A stretch of DNA of 64,000 nucleotides from an uncultured Chloroflexia bacterium. Its GTDB lineage: Bacteria; Chloroflexota; Limnocylindria; QHBO01. The notes beneath the pieces were generated by a model. That model was given only the letters and a program-made list of their open reading frames with translations. It made no database searches and was not told the origin of the DNA. The stretch covers positions 96,001-160,000 of the forward strand of contig CAWFCQ010000002.1 in the NCBI GenBank assembly GCA_963814375.1, written 5' to 3'. Shown here one piece after another: positions 48,882 through 57,901 of the stretch. The stretch's first letter is position 1. Each line of letters starts with the position of its first letter. A program made the position numbers and the translations under genes.

Positions 48882-50423
48882 ATGGACGGCTATTCGATCA
48901 CGGAGGCGGCATCGGTCCTGGGCGTGCCGACGGAGCGCGTCTGGGAGCTTCTCGCGCGCGGCGTTCTCGCCGGCGAGCAGGAAGGCGAGACCGGCATGCG
49001 CGTGTACCTCCATCCGCGACCGGCGCCAGCACCCCGCGCCGTCGATGCCGGTCGTCCGAGCAGCGATCCCACCGCCGAACCGGAGCGAGAGCTCTCGCCC
49101 TTTCGGGAGCTGCTGACAGAGTTCCGCAACCTCACTGAGCGCTACGGGCAGGCGCTGCTGGCACTCGGCGAGTCGCGCGGCGAGGTCGCGTCGCTCCGGT
49201 CGCGGGTCGATCTGCTCGAAGCGCGGATCGACCTCCGCCTGCCGCTCGCCTCACCGGCGACGCCTGCTGCGTCGACGCCACCACCGCCACCTTTCCCTGC
49301 CGACCACACGGTCATTCCCACCGCCGTCGTCGAGCCGGCCGAGACGCCGGCCGAGACGCCGGCCGCAGGGCCGGCCGAGGCCGGTGGTCAGGTGGACGAC
49401 GATGAGTCTCGCGGCCGGAATCGCGGACCCCGACGAGCGACGGAGCGCTTCGCCGATGCGCTCGCCCGCGCCGAAGACCCGAGCTTGCCGGAGCTGCCGC
49501 GGGCGGAAGCCGCCGCGATCATCCGGGGCGAGGCCGAGACGCCGTTCGACCCGGCACTGCCGCGCGAGCTCCCGGCTGCCGAGGTCGTGCTCACCGCCGA
49601 GGAAGGGGCCGTCGAGCCACCGGCGGCTGATGGCATCGCCGACGAGGTCGCCGACCGGGTGGCGATAACCGAGGGCGGATGGACCGCGCCGCTCGAGGCC
49701 GCTCGCCCCGCACCTGACGCCCCTTCCGACACCGCTCCACCAGCCCCCGTCGAGCCCCTCGACTGGGACGCGGGGCGCTACACGACTTCCATCGACGAGA
49801 CCGACTGGATGGCCAGCGACGCGTGGGAGCCGGAGCCGCAGCAGGGGACGCAGCCGGAGGCATCCGACGAAGCGATCGCGAGCGAGCAGCCGGCCGTTGA
49901 AGATGAGCCCGAGCCACCGGTCGAGCAAAGCGACGCGACGGCCGAGGCGACGGACGATGAGGCGGAGCCCGAGGATGACGAGCCGGCGGCCGTGAGCGAG
50001 GGGATCGAGCCCGAGGGGATCGAGCGCCAGGAGATCGAGCCGCAGGAAGCCGTGGCCGAGGAGCCGTCCGAGCCCGAGGAGACGATGCTCTGGTTCGGCC
50101 GCTCGCCCGACGAGAGCGGCGCCGCGGAGATGGAGGTCGTGACCTCCGCAGCGCGGCCAGCCGAGGCCTCCATCGAGCTGCCGGGCGGGGACGAGCTCGA
50201 CGAGGCGCTTGCCGAGATGGCGCCGATTGCCATCGAGGCGCCGGAGACCTCGCCGCCTGTACCTACCCAGCCCTCTTCCTCGCCCGGAGCCGCAATCGCA
50301 CGGACGACGGCTCCTCCACGGGTGCTCACAACACTGACGCGTCCCGGCGCGACGCCCACCCCCATGACGACCGGTCCGGCTTCACGGGCCTATCGGCGGC
50401 TGCGCCGCATCTTCCCCGGCTGA
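48882..50423 (+). CDS. Hypothetical protein: N-terminal HTH, coiled coil, long acidic Pro-rich disordered region, basic C-terminal helix
   Basis: YSITEAASVLGV..VWELLARG.L.G; LLTEFRNLTERYGQALLALGE..LRSRVDLLE; ends RAYRRLRRIFPG. Confidence 0.7.
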   Translation: MDGYSITEAASVLGVPTERVWELLARGVLAGEQEGETGMRVYLHPRPAPAPRAVDAGRPSSDPTAEPERELSPFRELLTEFRNLTERYGQALLALGESRGEVASLRSRVDLLEARIDLRLPLASPATPAASTPPPPPFPADHTVIPTAVVEPAETPAETPAAGPAEAGGQVDDDESRGRNRGPRRATERFADALARAEDPSLPELPRAEAAAIIRGEAETPFDPALPRELPAAEVVLTAEEGAVEPPAADGIADEVADRVAITEGGWTAPLEAARPAPDAPSDTAPPAPVEPLDWDAGRYTTSIDETDWMASDAWEPEPQQGTQPEASDEAIASEQPAVEDEPEPPVEQSDATAEATDDEAEPEDDEPAAVSEGIEPEGIERQEIEPQEAVAEEPSEPEETMLWFGRSPDESGAAEMEVVTSAARPAEASIELPGGDELDEALAEMAPIAIEAPETSPPVPTQPSSSPGAAIARTTAPPRVLTTLTRPGATPTPMTTGPASRAYRRLRRIFPG

Positions 50424-50430
50424 GACTCCC

Positions 50431-50617
50431 GCTCGCTACATCGGTCGATCTCTACCGGAGCGTAGCGGCGCGCGCTGTCTGCCCGGTGGAGCGAGTGCCA
50501 GGACGCGCGAAGGGCGCGCAGGGGCGCCGCTCGTGCGGCTCCGGTGCTCCCTGGACTGAACAATTGCCGCCTGCGGTCGGCCTCGTGTGGAAAACGCCCG
50601 ACACAGTGAGCACCGAG
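50431..50617 (+). ncRNA. Candidate structured non-coding RNA (6S-like long hairpin or switch-like element)
   Basis: No credible ORF; extensive nested base pairing found by eye, with G-U wobbles favouring the + strand. Confidence 0.35.
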
Positions 50618-50689
50618 TGATTGACGACCCGGCTGGGTCGGCCCGGTCGCCGGCGACGCTCGAGCCGGCTCGGGATACCATCGGCGCCT

Positions 50690-51280
50690 ATGCTTCCCTT
50701 TGACGCCCAGACGGCCCTCGTCGTCGTCGACCTGCAGAACGACTTTGCGGATCCCGCCGGCTCCCTAGCGGTCGCGGGTGGAGCCGGTGTCATCCCGGTC
50801 GTCAACGGTGCGATGGAGGCCGCAGCATCTGCGGGCGCCATGGTCGTCGCGACCCAGGACTGGCATCCGGAGTCGACTCCCCATTTCGCCAAGGACGGTG
50901 GCATCTGGCCGGTCCACTGTGTGGGCGGCACGTGGGGGGCCGAGCTCCATCCCGACTTCGAGCTGCCGGACGACGCTCCGCGGATCCGCAAGGGCACCGG
51001 CGGGGAGGACGGCTACTGCGCGTTCTTCGTGCGGGACCCCGTCAGCGGTGAGGAGGTGCCGACCGAGCTCGAGGGGATGCTCCGGGATCGGGGCATCCAG
51101 CGCCTGGTCGTGGCCGGCCTGGCGACTGACTACTGCGTCAAGGAGACGGCGATCGATGCGGCGCGGCTGGGTTTCGGCGTCAGCCTGCTGGCCAACGGCG
51201 TCGCGGCGGTGAACCTTGAGCCGGGAGACGGCGATCGGGCCATCCAGGAGATGGCCGCTGCCGGAGTCGAGATCGGCTGA
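50690..51280 (+). CDS. pncA: Nicotinamidase/pyrazinamidase
   Basis: VDLQNDF, GSLAV, QDWH, WPVHCV, IRKG, GLATDYCV. Confidence 0.92.
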   Translation: MLPFDAQTALVVVDLQNDFADPAGSLAVAGGAGVIPVVNGAMEAAASAGAMVVATQDWHPESTPHFAKDGGIWPVHCVGGTWGAELHPDFELPDDAPRIRKGTGGEDGYCAFFVRDPVSGEEVPTELEGMLRDRGIQRLVVAGLATDYCVKETAIDAARLGFGVSLLANGVAAVNLEPGDGDRAIQEMAAAGVEIG

Positions 51281-51283
51281 CGC

Positions 51284-51475
51284 CTACCCGGCTCGCCGGC
51301 GCGCCCAGCCGAAGAGGATCAGGCCGGCCAGCGCTGTGACGGCGCCGATGACGATCCAGCTGCGATCGGCGGTCATGAAGCTGGCCGGTGCGAAGGGAAG
51401 ATTGAGGCCCTGCGCGACCCAGACCAGGCCTGCGGCGGCAACGAGAAGACCGAGAATGGTGAGGGCCATTCGCAT
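51284..51475 (-). CDS. Small two-TM membrane protein
   Basis: GLVWVAQG...SFMT...W..IG pattern; TACGAT 6 nt upstream of ATG. Confidence 0.75.
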   Translation of the reverse strand: MRMALTILGLLVAAAGLVWVAQGLNLPFAPASFMTADRSWIVIGAVTALAGLILFGWARRRAG

Positions 51476-51684
51476 GCGACGATCGTACCCGCGTTTCGTA
51501 CTTGCGAACGGGCACGCGGTCGCGTAATACTCCGCGCGTCGAAGCCGCTGAAGCGGCGCCACAGCCTCTCCCTTCCTCTCCCCTCACCACGTCCAAGCGT
51601 CGGCCTCGGGGCAGCGGCAAGATCCCGGGCCGGCGTCGAGCGACGCGCTTCGGCGTGGACCAAACTCAGTTGGGAGGGGTCTTC

Positions 51685-51999
51685 GTGACCTACACCGATC
51701 AGGTGATCACCTGCAGCGACTGCGGAATCGACTTCGTCTTCTCCGCATCCGAGCAGGAGTTCTTCGCGGAGAAGGGATTCTCGTCCGCTCCGAAGCGCTG
51801 CTCGTCCTGCCGGGCGCAGCGTCGTGCCGCCGGGGGCGGCGCAAGCAGCTATGGCAATGGTGGCGGCTACTCGCAGGGCCCGCGCGAGATGCATGACGCC
51901 GTCTGCGCGCGCTGCGGCAACGAGACCCAGGTGCCGTTCCGCCCCACGGGCGCGCGGCCGGTCTACTGCTCCGACTGCTTCCGGATGATGCGCGGCTAG
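51685..51999 (+). CDS. Zinc-ribbon protein with CxxC-x17-CxxC domain
   Basis: CSDCG..FSASEQEFF..PKRCSSC; Gly-rich linker; REMHDAVCARCG..VPFRP..PVYCSDCF; GGGAGG RBS. Confidence 0.9.
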   Translation: MTYTDQVITCSDCGIDFVFSASEQEFFAEKGFSSAPKRCSSCRAQRRAAGGGASSYGNGGGYSQGPREMHDAVCARCGNETQVPFRPTGARPVYCSDCFRMMRG

Positions 52000-52024
52000 C
52001 CCTCGCGCCGTTCGCGACGCCGAT

Positions 52025-52052
52025 GACGGGCGGTCCTTCGGGGCCGCCCGTT
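52025..52052 (+). terminator. Intrinsic terminator hairpin
   Basis: GACGGGCGGTCC-TTCG-GGGCCGCCCGTT followed by a short T-rich tail. Confidence 0.75.
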
Positions 52053-52157
52053 TCGCTTGCCCGCCACGTGGCTGGCGGCCGAGACGATCGTTGACGATCA
52101 GGGTCCTATGATGGTGTGCCACGCCCAACGGGCAGACAACTTGCGGAGCACCAGACC

Positions 52158-54047
52158 ATGACCTCCCAGCACGACGAGTGGCGCGAGCTCGGTCAACAGC
52201 TCCGCGTTGACTCGGTCCGATCCAGCAGCGCGGCGGGGAGCGGGCACCCGACGAGCTCGATGTCGGCGGCCGACCTGATGGCCGTGCTGATGTCGAAGCA
52301 CCTTCGCTACGACTTCGGCACGCCGGACGACCCCCGCAACGACCACCTCATCTTCAGCAAGGGTCACGCGTCTCCGCTGCTGTACGCGATGTACAAGGCG
52401 GCGGGCGCGATCAGCGACGACGAGATGCTCACTTTCCGTCGCTTCGGCTCGCGCATCGAAGGCCACCCGACCCCCGTCCTGCCATGGGTCGACGTCGCGA
52501 CCGGATCGCTCGGCCAGGGGCTGCCGATCTCCGTCGGCGTCGCCCTGGCCGGGAAGAAGCTCGACCGGCTGCCGTACCGCGTCTGGTGCCTGTGCGGCGA
52601 CTCGGAGATGGCCGAGGGCTCGATGTGGGAGGCCTTCGAGCACGCGGGCTTCCATCAGCTGGACAATCTCACCGCCATCATCGACGTGAACCGCCTCGGC
52701 CAGACCGGCGAGACGATGCACGGCTGGGACCTCGATGCCTACCGGCGCCGGGCCGAGGCGTTCGGCTGGAAGGCGATCGAGATCGACGGCCATGACGTGG
52801 CAGCCATCGACCGCGCGCTGGTCCGCGCCACCGAGACGACCGGCCAGCCGACCGTCATCATCGCTCGGACCGAGAAGGGCCACGGCGTCAAGGCGGTGGC
52901 CGACCAGCCGGGCAAGCACGGCAAGCCGCTCGACGACCCGGACGCGGCGATCGTCGAGCTCGGCGGCATGCGCGACATTCACGTGGAGGTGCCCAAGCCC
53001 GACACGTCGGCGACGCCGCACGTCTTTGCCACCGTCGCGCTGACGCTGCCGTCGTACGAGCCGGGCACGAAGGAAGCGACGCGCAAGGCCTTCGGCGACG
53101 CCCTCGTTGCGCTCGGGAAGGCACGCGGCGACGTCGTCGCCGTTGATGGCGAGGTCGGCAACAGCACCTACACCGAGCTGTTCGCGACGGAGCTGCCGGA
53201 TCGGTTCTTCCAGTCCTACATCGCGGAGCAGCAGATGATCGCCACCGCGGTCGGGTTCCAGGTGCGCGGCTGGAAGCCCTTCGCCGCGACCTTCGCCGCA
53301 TTCCTCAGCCGCGCCTACGACTTCATCCGGATGGCGGCCGTGAGCCGCGCCAACCTCTCCATCGCCGGCTCGCATGCCGGCGTCAGCATCGGCGAGGACG
53401 GACCATCGCAGATGGCGCTCGAGGACCTGGCGTCCTTCCGCGCGGTGCATGGCTCGACCGTGCTCTACCCCTCGGACCCCAACCAGACGGCGTCGCTTGT
53501 GCCGCAGATGGCCGATCGCGAGGGGATCGTGTTCATGCGGACCACCCGCGAGAAGACCCCGATCCTGTATCCGCCCGGCGAGCCGTTCCACATCGGCGGG
53601 GCTCGCGTCGTCCGCCGCACCGATGACGACGCCGTGACCCTGATCGGCGCCGGGATCACGCTGCACGAGGCGGTGTCGGCCGCCGAGACGCTGGCAGCCG
53701 AAGGGATCGCCGCGCGGGTGGTCGACCTCTACAGCGTCAAGCCGATCGACGCCGAGACGGTGCGCGCCGCCGCTCGGGAGACCGGCGCGATCATCACCGT
53801 CGAGGACCACTGGCCGGAGGGCGGGATCGGCGATGCCGTGCTCGATGCGCTGGCCGAGGAGCAGCCGCACCCGATCGTCGTGAAGCTGGCCGTCCGGGCC
53901 ATGCCCGGCTCGGGCACCCCGGCGGAGCTGCTTGCGGCGGCCGGGATCGACGCCGCCCACATCGCCGATGCCGCGCGCACCCTCGTCGGCCGGGCCGGTG
54001 CCCGCGGGCGCAGCAAGACCGAGGTCGGCTCTGGCCGGCGGGAATGA
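52158..54047 (+). CDS. tkt: Transketolase
   Basis: GSGHP, SKGHA, GSLGQG, GDSE..EGS, IAEQ, GEDGPSQ. Confidence 0.93.
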   Translation: MTSQHDEWRELGQQLRVDSVRSSSAAGSGHPTSSMSAADLMAVLMSKHLRYDFGTPDDPRNDHLIFSKGHASPLLYAMYKAAGAISDDEMLTFRRFGSRIEGHPTPVLPWVDVATGSLGQGLPISVGVALAGKKLDRLPYRVWCLCGDSEMAEGSMWEAFEHAGFHQLDNLTAIIDVNRLGQTGETMHGWDLDAYRRRAEAFGWKAIEIDGHDVAAIDRALVRATETTGQPTVIIARTEKGHGVKAVADQPGKHGKPLDDPDAAIVELGGMRDIHVEVPKPDTSATPHVFATVALTLPSYEPGTKEATRKAFGDALVALGKARGDVVAVDGEVGNSTYTELFATELPDRFFQSYIAEQQMIATAVGFQVRGWKPFAATFAAFLSRAYDFIRMAAVSRANLSIAGSHAGVSIGEDGPSQMALEDLASFRAVHGSTVLYPSDPNQTASLVPQMADREGIVFMRTTREKTPILYPPGEPFHIGGARVVRRTDDDAVTLIGAGITLHEAVSAAETLAAEGIAARVVDLYSVKPIDAETVRAAARETGAIITVEDHWPEGGIGDAVLDALAEEQPHPIVVKLAVRAMPGSGTPAELLAAAGIDAAHIADAARTLVGRAGARGRSKTEVGSGRRE

Positions 54048-54135
54048 AGGAGAGGGCGCGATGACCGGCGCGGACCAGGACCGGCGCGAGGCGGCGGCAG
54101 GCGACCAGGATCAGAAGGCGGGCGAGGTGATCGAG

Positions 54136-55251
54136 ATGGGAGAGCGCAACAACAACCTCCATCGGCTGCATGCCGAGCAGGACCAGAGCCCGTGGATCGA
54201 CTTCATCGACCGCGAGCTGATCGACTCGGGAAAGCTGCGCGCGATGGTCGACGAAGGGATCCGCGGACTCACGAGCAACCCGACCATCTTCGCCAAGGCG
54301 GTGGCGACCGGCCAGTACGACGAGCTCATCCGTCGCGAGATCGACGCCGGCGATGACGCCCGCCAGATCTACGAGGAGATCGCCGTCGCGGACGTCGGCG
54401 ACGCGGCGGATGTGCTGCGCACGGTGTACGACGCCGCGGACGGGACCGATGGCTTCGCCAGCATCGAGGTCGAGCCCGACCTCGCCGAGGACGCCGATGC
54501 AACGTTGGCGCGCGCCCGCGAGCTCTGGTCGCGGCTGGATCGCCCGAACGTCTTCATCAAGATCCCCGCCACCGAGGCCGGAATCCCGGCGATCGAGAAC
54601 GCGATCGCCGAGGGCATCAACGTCAACGTCACCCTCATGTTCAGCGTCGACATCTATCGGCGCGTCGCTCGCGCCTATGTCGCGGGGCTGCGTCGCCGGC
54701 ACGAGAGGGGCGAGGACCTCGCCCGCGTGTCGAGCGTGGCGAGCTTCTTCGTGAGCCGGGTCGACACGAAGGTCGACAAGTACCTCGAGGAGCTCGGAAC
54801 TCGCGAGGCGCTCTCCGCCCGCGGGCGGGCCGCGATTGCGAACGCCAAGATGGCCTACGAGGCGTACGGCGAGATCTTCGGCGGTGACGAGTTCGCCGCG
54901 CTGCGCGCCGCTGGCGCGCGGGTGCAGCGCTGCCTGTGGGCCAGCACGAGCACGAAGAATCCGGATTACCGCGACGTGCTGTACGTCGAGGAGCTCATCG
55001 GTCCCGAGACGGTCGACACCATGCCGCTCGAGACGATCACGGCGTTTCTCGACCATGGCCGCATCGTCCGCACGCTCGACCGCGACGTGGAGGGAGCACG
55101 GCAGGCGATCCGGAACGTCGAGGCCACGGGGATCACGATGGAGCGCGTCACCGGGGAGCTCATCGCGGAGGGAGTCGCCAGCTTCGCCAAGAGCTTCGAC
55201 GAGCTGATCGACACGATCGAGTCGAAGCGCCAGGAGCTCGCCCCGGCATGA
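54136..55251 (+). CDS. tal: Transaldolase
   Basis: PWIDF, TSNPTIF, SIEV.P, IKIPAT, NVTLMFS, SVASFFVSRVD, LWASTSTK; alternative start at 54061. Confidence 0.93.
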   Translation: MGERNNNLHRLHAEQDQSPWIDFIDRELIDSGKLRAMVDEGIRGLTSNPTIFAKAVATGQYDELIRREIDAGDDARQIYEEIAVADVGDAADVLRTVYDAADGTDGFASIEVEPDLAEDADATLARARELWSRLDRPNVFIKIPATEAGIPAIENAIAEGINVNVTLMFSVDIYRRVARAYVAGLRRRHERGEDLARVSSVASFFVSRVDTKVDKYLEELGTREALSARGRAAIANAKMAYEAYGEIFGGDEFAALRAAGARVQRCLWASTSTKNPDYRDVLYVEELIGPETVDTMPLETITAFLDHGRIVRTLDRDVEGARQAIRNVEATGITMERVTGELIAEGVASFAKSFDELIDTIESKRQELAPA

Positions 55252-56948
55252 CCGGGCTCGACGCCGCGATCGCGGCGCGGCTCGACGCCTGGACGGCGGA
55301 GCGCGTCGCGGAGCGGCTCTGGGCCAAGGACGGCTCGCTGTGGGCCGCCTCCGGCAAGCCCGCGGAGGAGGTGGCCGCGTGGCTGGGCTGGCTCGACCTG
55401 CCCGAGGCGATGGGCGCGCGGGTCGGTGAGCTCGAGCACCTCGCGCGGGACATCCGCGAGGACGGATACCGACGCGCCGCGGTGCTCGGCATGGGCGGCT
55501 CCAGCCTGGCGCCCGAGCTGTTCAGCCGGGTCTTCGGGTGGGCCGGCGGGCCGGGCGGCAACGGGGCGGCATCGGCCGAGGGGCTCGAGCTGCGCATTCT
55601 CGATTCCACGCACCCGGATGCGGTGCGCGGCTTCCGATCCTGGGCAAGCGCGCAGCGAACACTGTTCTGCGTCAGCTCGAAGTCCGGCTCCACGACCGAG
55701 CCGAATGCCTACCAGGCGGCGATGGCCGAGGTGGCGCCGGCGCTCGACTTCGTCGCCATCACCGATCCGGGCACATCGCTCGCGGAGCTCGCACGCGCCC
55801 AGGAGTTCCGCGCCATCGTCGATGCTCCGCCGGACGTCGGCGGGCGATATTCGGCGCTCACGGTCTTCGGGCTCGTCCCTGCGGCCCTGAACGGTGTCGA
55901 CCTGGGCGGCCTGGTCGGCGCGGCCCAGCGCATGGCCGGGCTGTGCCGCAACCCGAACGCACCCGACAATCCGGGGCTCGCCCTCGGCGCGGCAATCGGC
56001 GAGGCGGCGCTGGCGGGACGCGACAAGCTGACGATCGTCACCTCGCCACGCCTCGCCGCGTTCGGGGACTGGGCCGAGCAGCTCGTGGCCGAGAGCACCG
56101 GCAAGGCCGGCACCGGGATCGTGCCGATCGTGGGCGAGCCGGCGGCGGATGCCGATCGTTACGCGGACGACCGCTATTTCGTCTTCGTCACCCTGGCGGG
56201 GGAGTCGCGCGACGAGCTTGGGGCGCTGGCGGGGCAGCTGATGGAGCGAGGTCATGCGGGAACGCACATCGAGCTGGCCGACCCGCTCGACATAGGCGCC
56301 GAGTTCGTGCGCTGGGAGGTCGCGACGGCGGCGGCCGGAATCGTCCTCGGCATCGACCCGTTCGACCAGCCGAACGTGCAGGAGTCGAAGGACGCCACGA
56401 AGGAGCTGCTCGAGGCATTCCGCACCAACGGCGCACTCCCGCAGCCGATGCCGATCGTCAGCGAGCCCGGCCTCGCGGTGACCGCAGACCCGGCGGGCCT
56501 GGGCGACACGCCGGTAAGCGTGGACGGTGCGATCGGCCATCTGCTCGGCACCGCGCGAGCCGGCCGCGACTATGTCGCGATCCTCGCCTACCTGCCGCCC
56601 GACGCCGCGATCGCAGAACGGCTGCAAGGTGTTCGCGAGCGGATCCGCGACGTGACCGGGGCGGCGACCACGCTCGGCTTCGGGCCGCGGTTCCTCCACT
56701 CGACCGGCCAGCTGCACAAGGGCGGCCCCGACAGCGGCGTCTTCCTCCAGGTCACCGCCGACGCGGCCAAGGATCTGCCGATCCCCGGCTGGAGCGAGTC
56801 GTTCGGTACCCTGATCGCGGCCCAGGCGCTCGGTGACCTCGCCTCGCTCCAGAAGCGCGGCCGCCGTGCCCTGCGCCTCCATCTCGACGACATCGGCTCC
56901 GGCCTCTCGCGGCTGGAGACGATGGTCGACGCGGCGCTATCGGTCTGA
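55248..56948 (+). CDS. pgi: Glucose-6-phosphate isomerase (Tal-Pgi type)
   Basis: LGWLD, GMGGSSL, SSKSGSTTE, VGGRYSAL, EQLVAESTGK, PFDQPNV, GPRFLHSTGQLHKGG. Confidence 0.92.
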   Translation: MTGLDAAIAARLDAWTAERVAERLWAKDGSLWAASGKPAEEVAAWLGWLDLPEAMGARVGELEHLARDIREDGYRRAAVLGMGGSSLAPELFSRVFGWAGGPGGNGAASAEGLELRILDSTHPDAVRGFRSWASAQRTLFCVSSKSGSTTEPNAYQAAMAEVAPALDFVAITDPGTSLAELARAQEFRAIVDAPPDVGGRYSALTVFGLVPAALNGVDLGGLVGAAQRMAGLCRNPNAPDNPGLALGAAIGEAALAGRDKLTIVTSPRLAAFGDWAEQLVAESTGKAGTGIVPIVGEPAADADRYADDRYFVFVTLAGESRDELGALAGQLMERGHAGTHIELADPLDIGAEFVRWEVATAAAGIVLGIDPFDQPNVQESKDATKELLEAFRTNGALPQPMPIVSEPGLAVTADPAGLGDTPVSVDGAIGHLLGTARAGRDYVAILAYLPPDAAIAERLQGVRERIRDVTGAATTLGFGPRFLHSTGQLHKGGPDSGVFLQVTADAAKDLPIPGWSESFGTLIAAQALGDLASLQKRGRRALRLHLDDIGSGLSRLETMVDAALSV

Positions 56949-56976
56949 CGAGACTCAAGGAGGCGACGGGACAACG

Positions 56977-57897
56977 ATGCAGGTCGCGGTAGCGGGGTTG
57001 GGCAGGATGGGGGCCGGCATGGCGCGCCGGGCAGCGCGCGGTGGGCACGACGTGGTGGCCTGGAACCGGACCGAGTCGGTGACGGCCGCGGTCGCTGCCG
57101 AGCCGGAGAACGAGGGGCGGGTCACGGTTGCCGAGCCGCTGGAGCGCATCGTCGCGCTCATGGAAGCGCCACGCCACGTCGTCATCAGCGTTCCATCCGG
57201 TGATGCCACAGACGCGATGATCGAGCAGCTGGCCGGCGTGCTCGAGCCGGGCGACGTCGTGGTCGATGCCGGCAACAGCCGTTTCCACGATTCGAGGCGC
57301 CACGCCGCCGAGCTGGCCGAGCGCGGTCTCGAGTGGCTCGACATGGGCGTCTCCGGCGGAGTATGGGGGCTCGAGGTCGGCTTCTGCGCCATGGTCGGCG
57401 GCAAGCGCGACGTCTTCGAGCGCTTCGAGCCGGTGGTGCGGACGCTGGCGCCCGAGAACGGCTACCTGTACTGCGGTGCTGCCGGCGCCGGCCACTACAC
57501 GAAGATGGTCCACAACGGGATCGAGTACGGGATCATGCAGGCCTACGGCGAGGGCTTCGACATCCTGCACGCCAGCGACTACGACCTCGACCTGGCCGCG
57601 ATCGCCCGCATGTGGAACAACGGTTCGGTGATCCGCTCCTGGCTGCTTGAGCTGGCGGGGAACGCCTTCGAGCGCGAGGGCAACGACCTCGAGCGAATCA
57701 CCGGATTTGTGGCGGACTCGGGGGAGGGACGGTGGACGGTGGCCGAGGCGATCGACCACGACGTGCCGGCGCCGGTCATCACCCTCAGCCTCATCGAGCG
57801 TTTCCGAAGCCGCCGTGCACCGGACTCGTACACCGATCGCGTCCTCGCCGCCCTCCGCAACGAGTTCGGCGGCCACGCGCTCAAGGGCCGCGACTAG
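56977..57897 (+). CDS. gnd: 6-phosphogluconate dehydrogenase (short type)
   Basis: GLGRMG, DAGNS, GVSGGVWG, KMVHNGIEYG, DSGEGRWT, RNEFGGH. Confidence 0.93.
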   Translation: MQVAVAGLGRMGAGMARRAARGGHDVVAWNRTESVTAAVAAEPENEGRVTVAEPLERIVALMEAPRHVVISVPSGDATDAMIEQLAGVLEPGDVVVDAGNSRFHDSRRHAAELAERGLEWLDMGVSGGVWGLEVGFCAMVGGKRDVFERFEPVVRTLAPENGYLYCGAAGAGHYTKMVHNGIEYGIMQAYGEGFDILHASDYDLDLAAIARMWNNGSVIRSWLLELAGNAFEREGNDLERITGFVADSGEGRWTVAEAIDHDVPAPVITLSLIERFRSRRAPDSYTDRVLAALRNEFGGHALKGRD

Positions 57898-57901
57898 GCC
57901 C

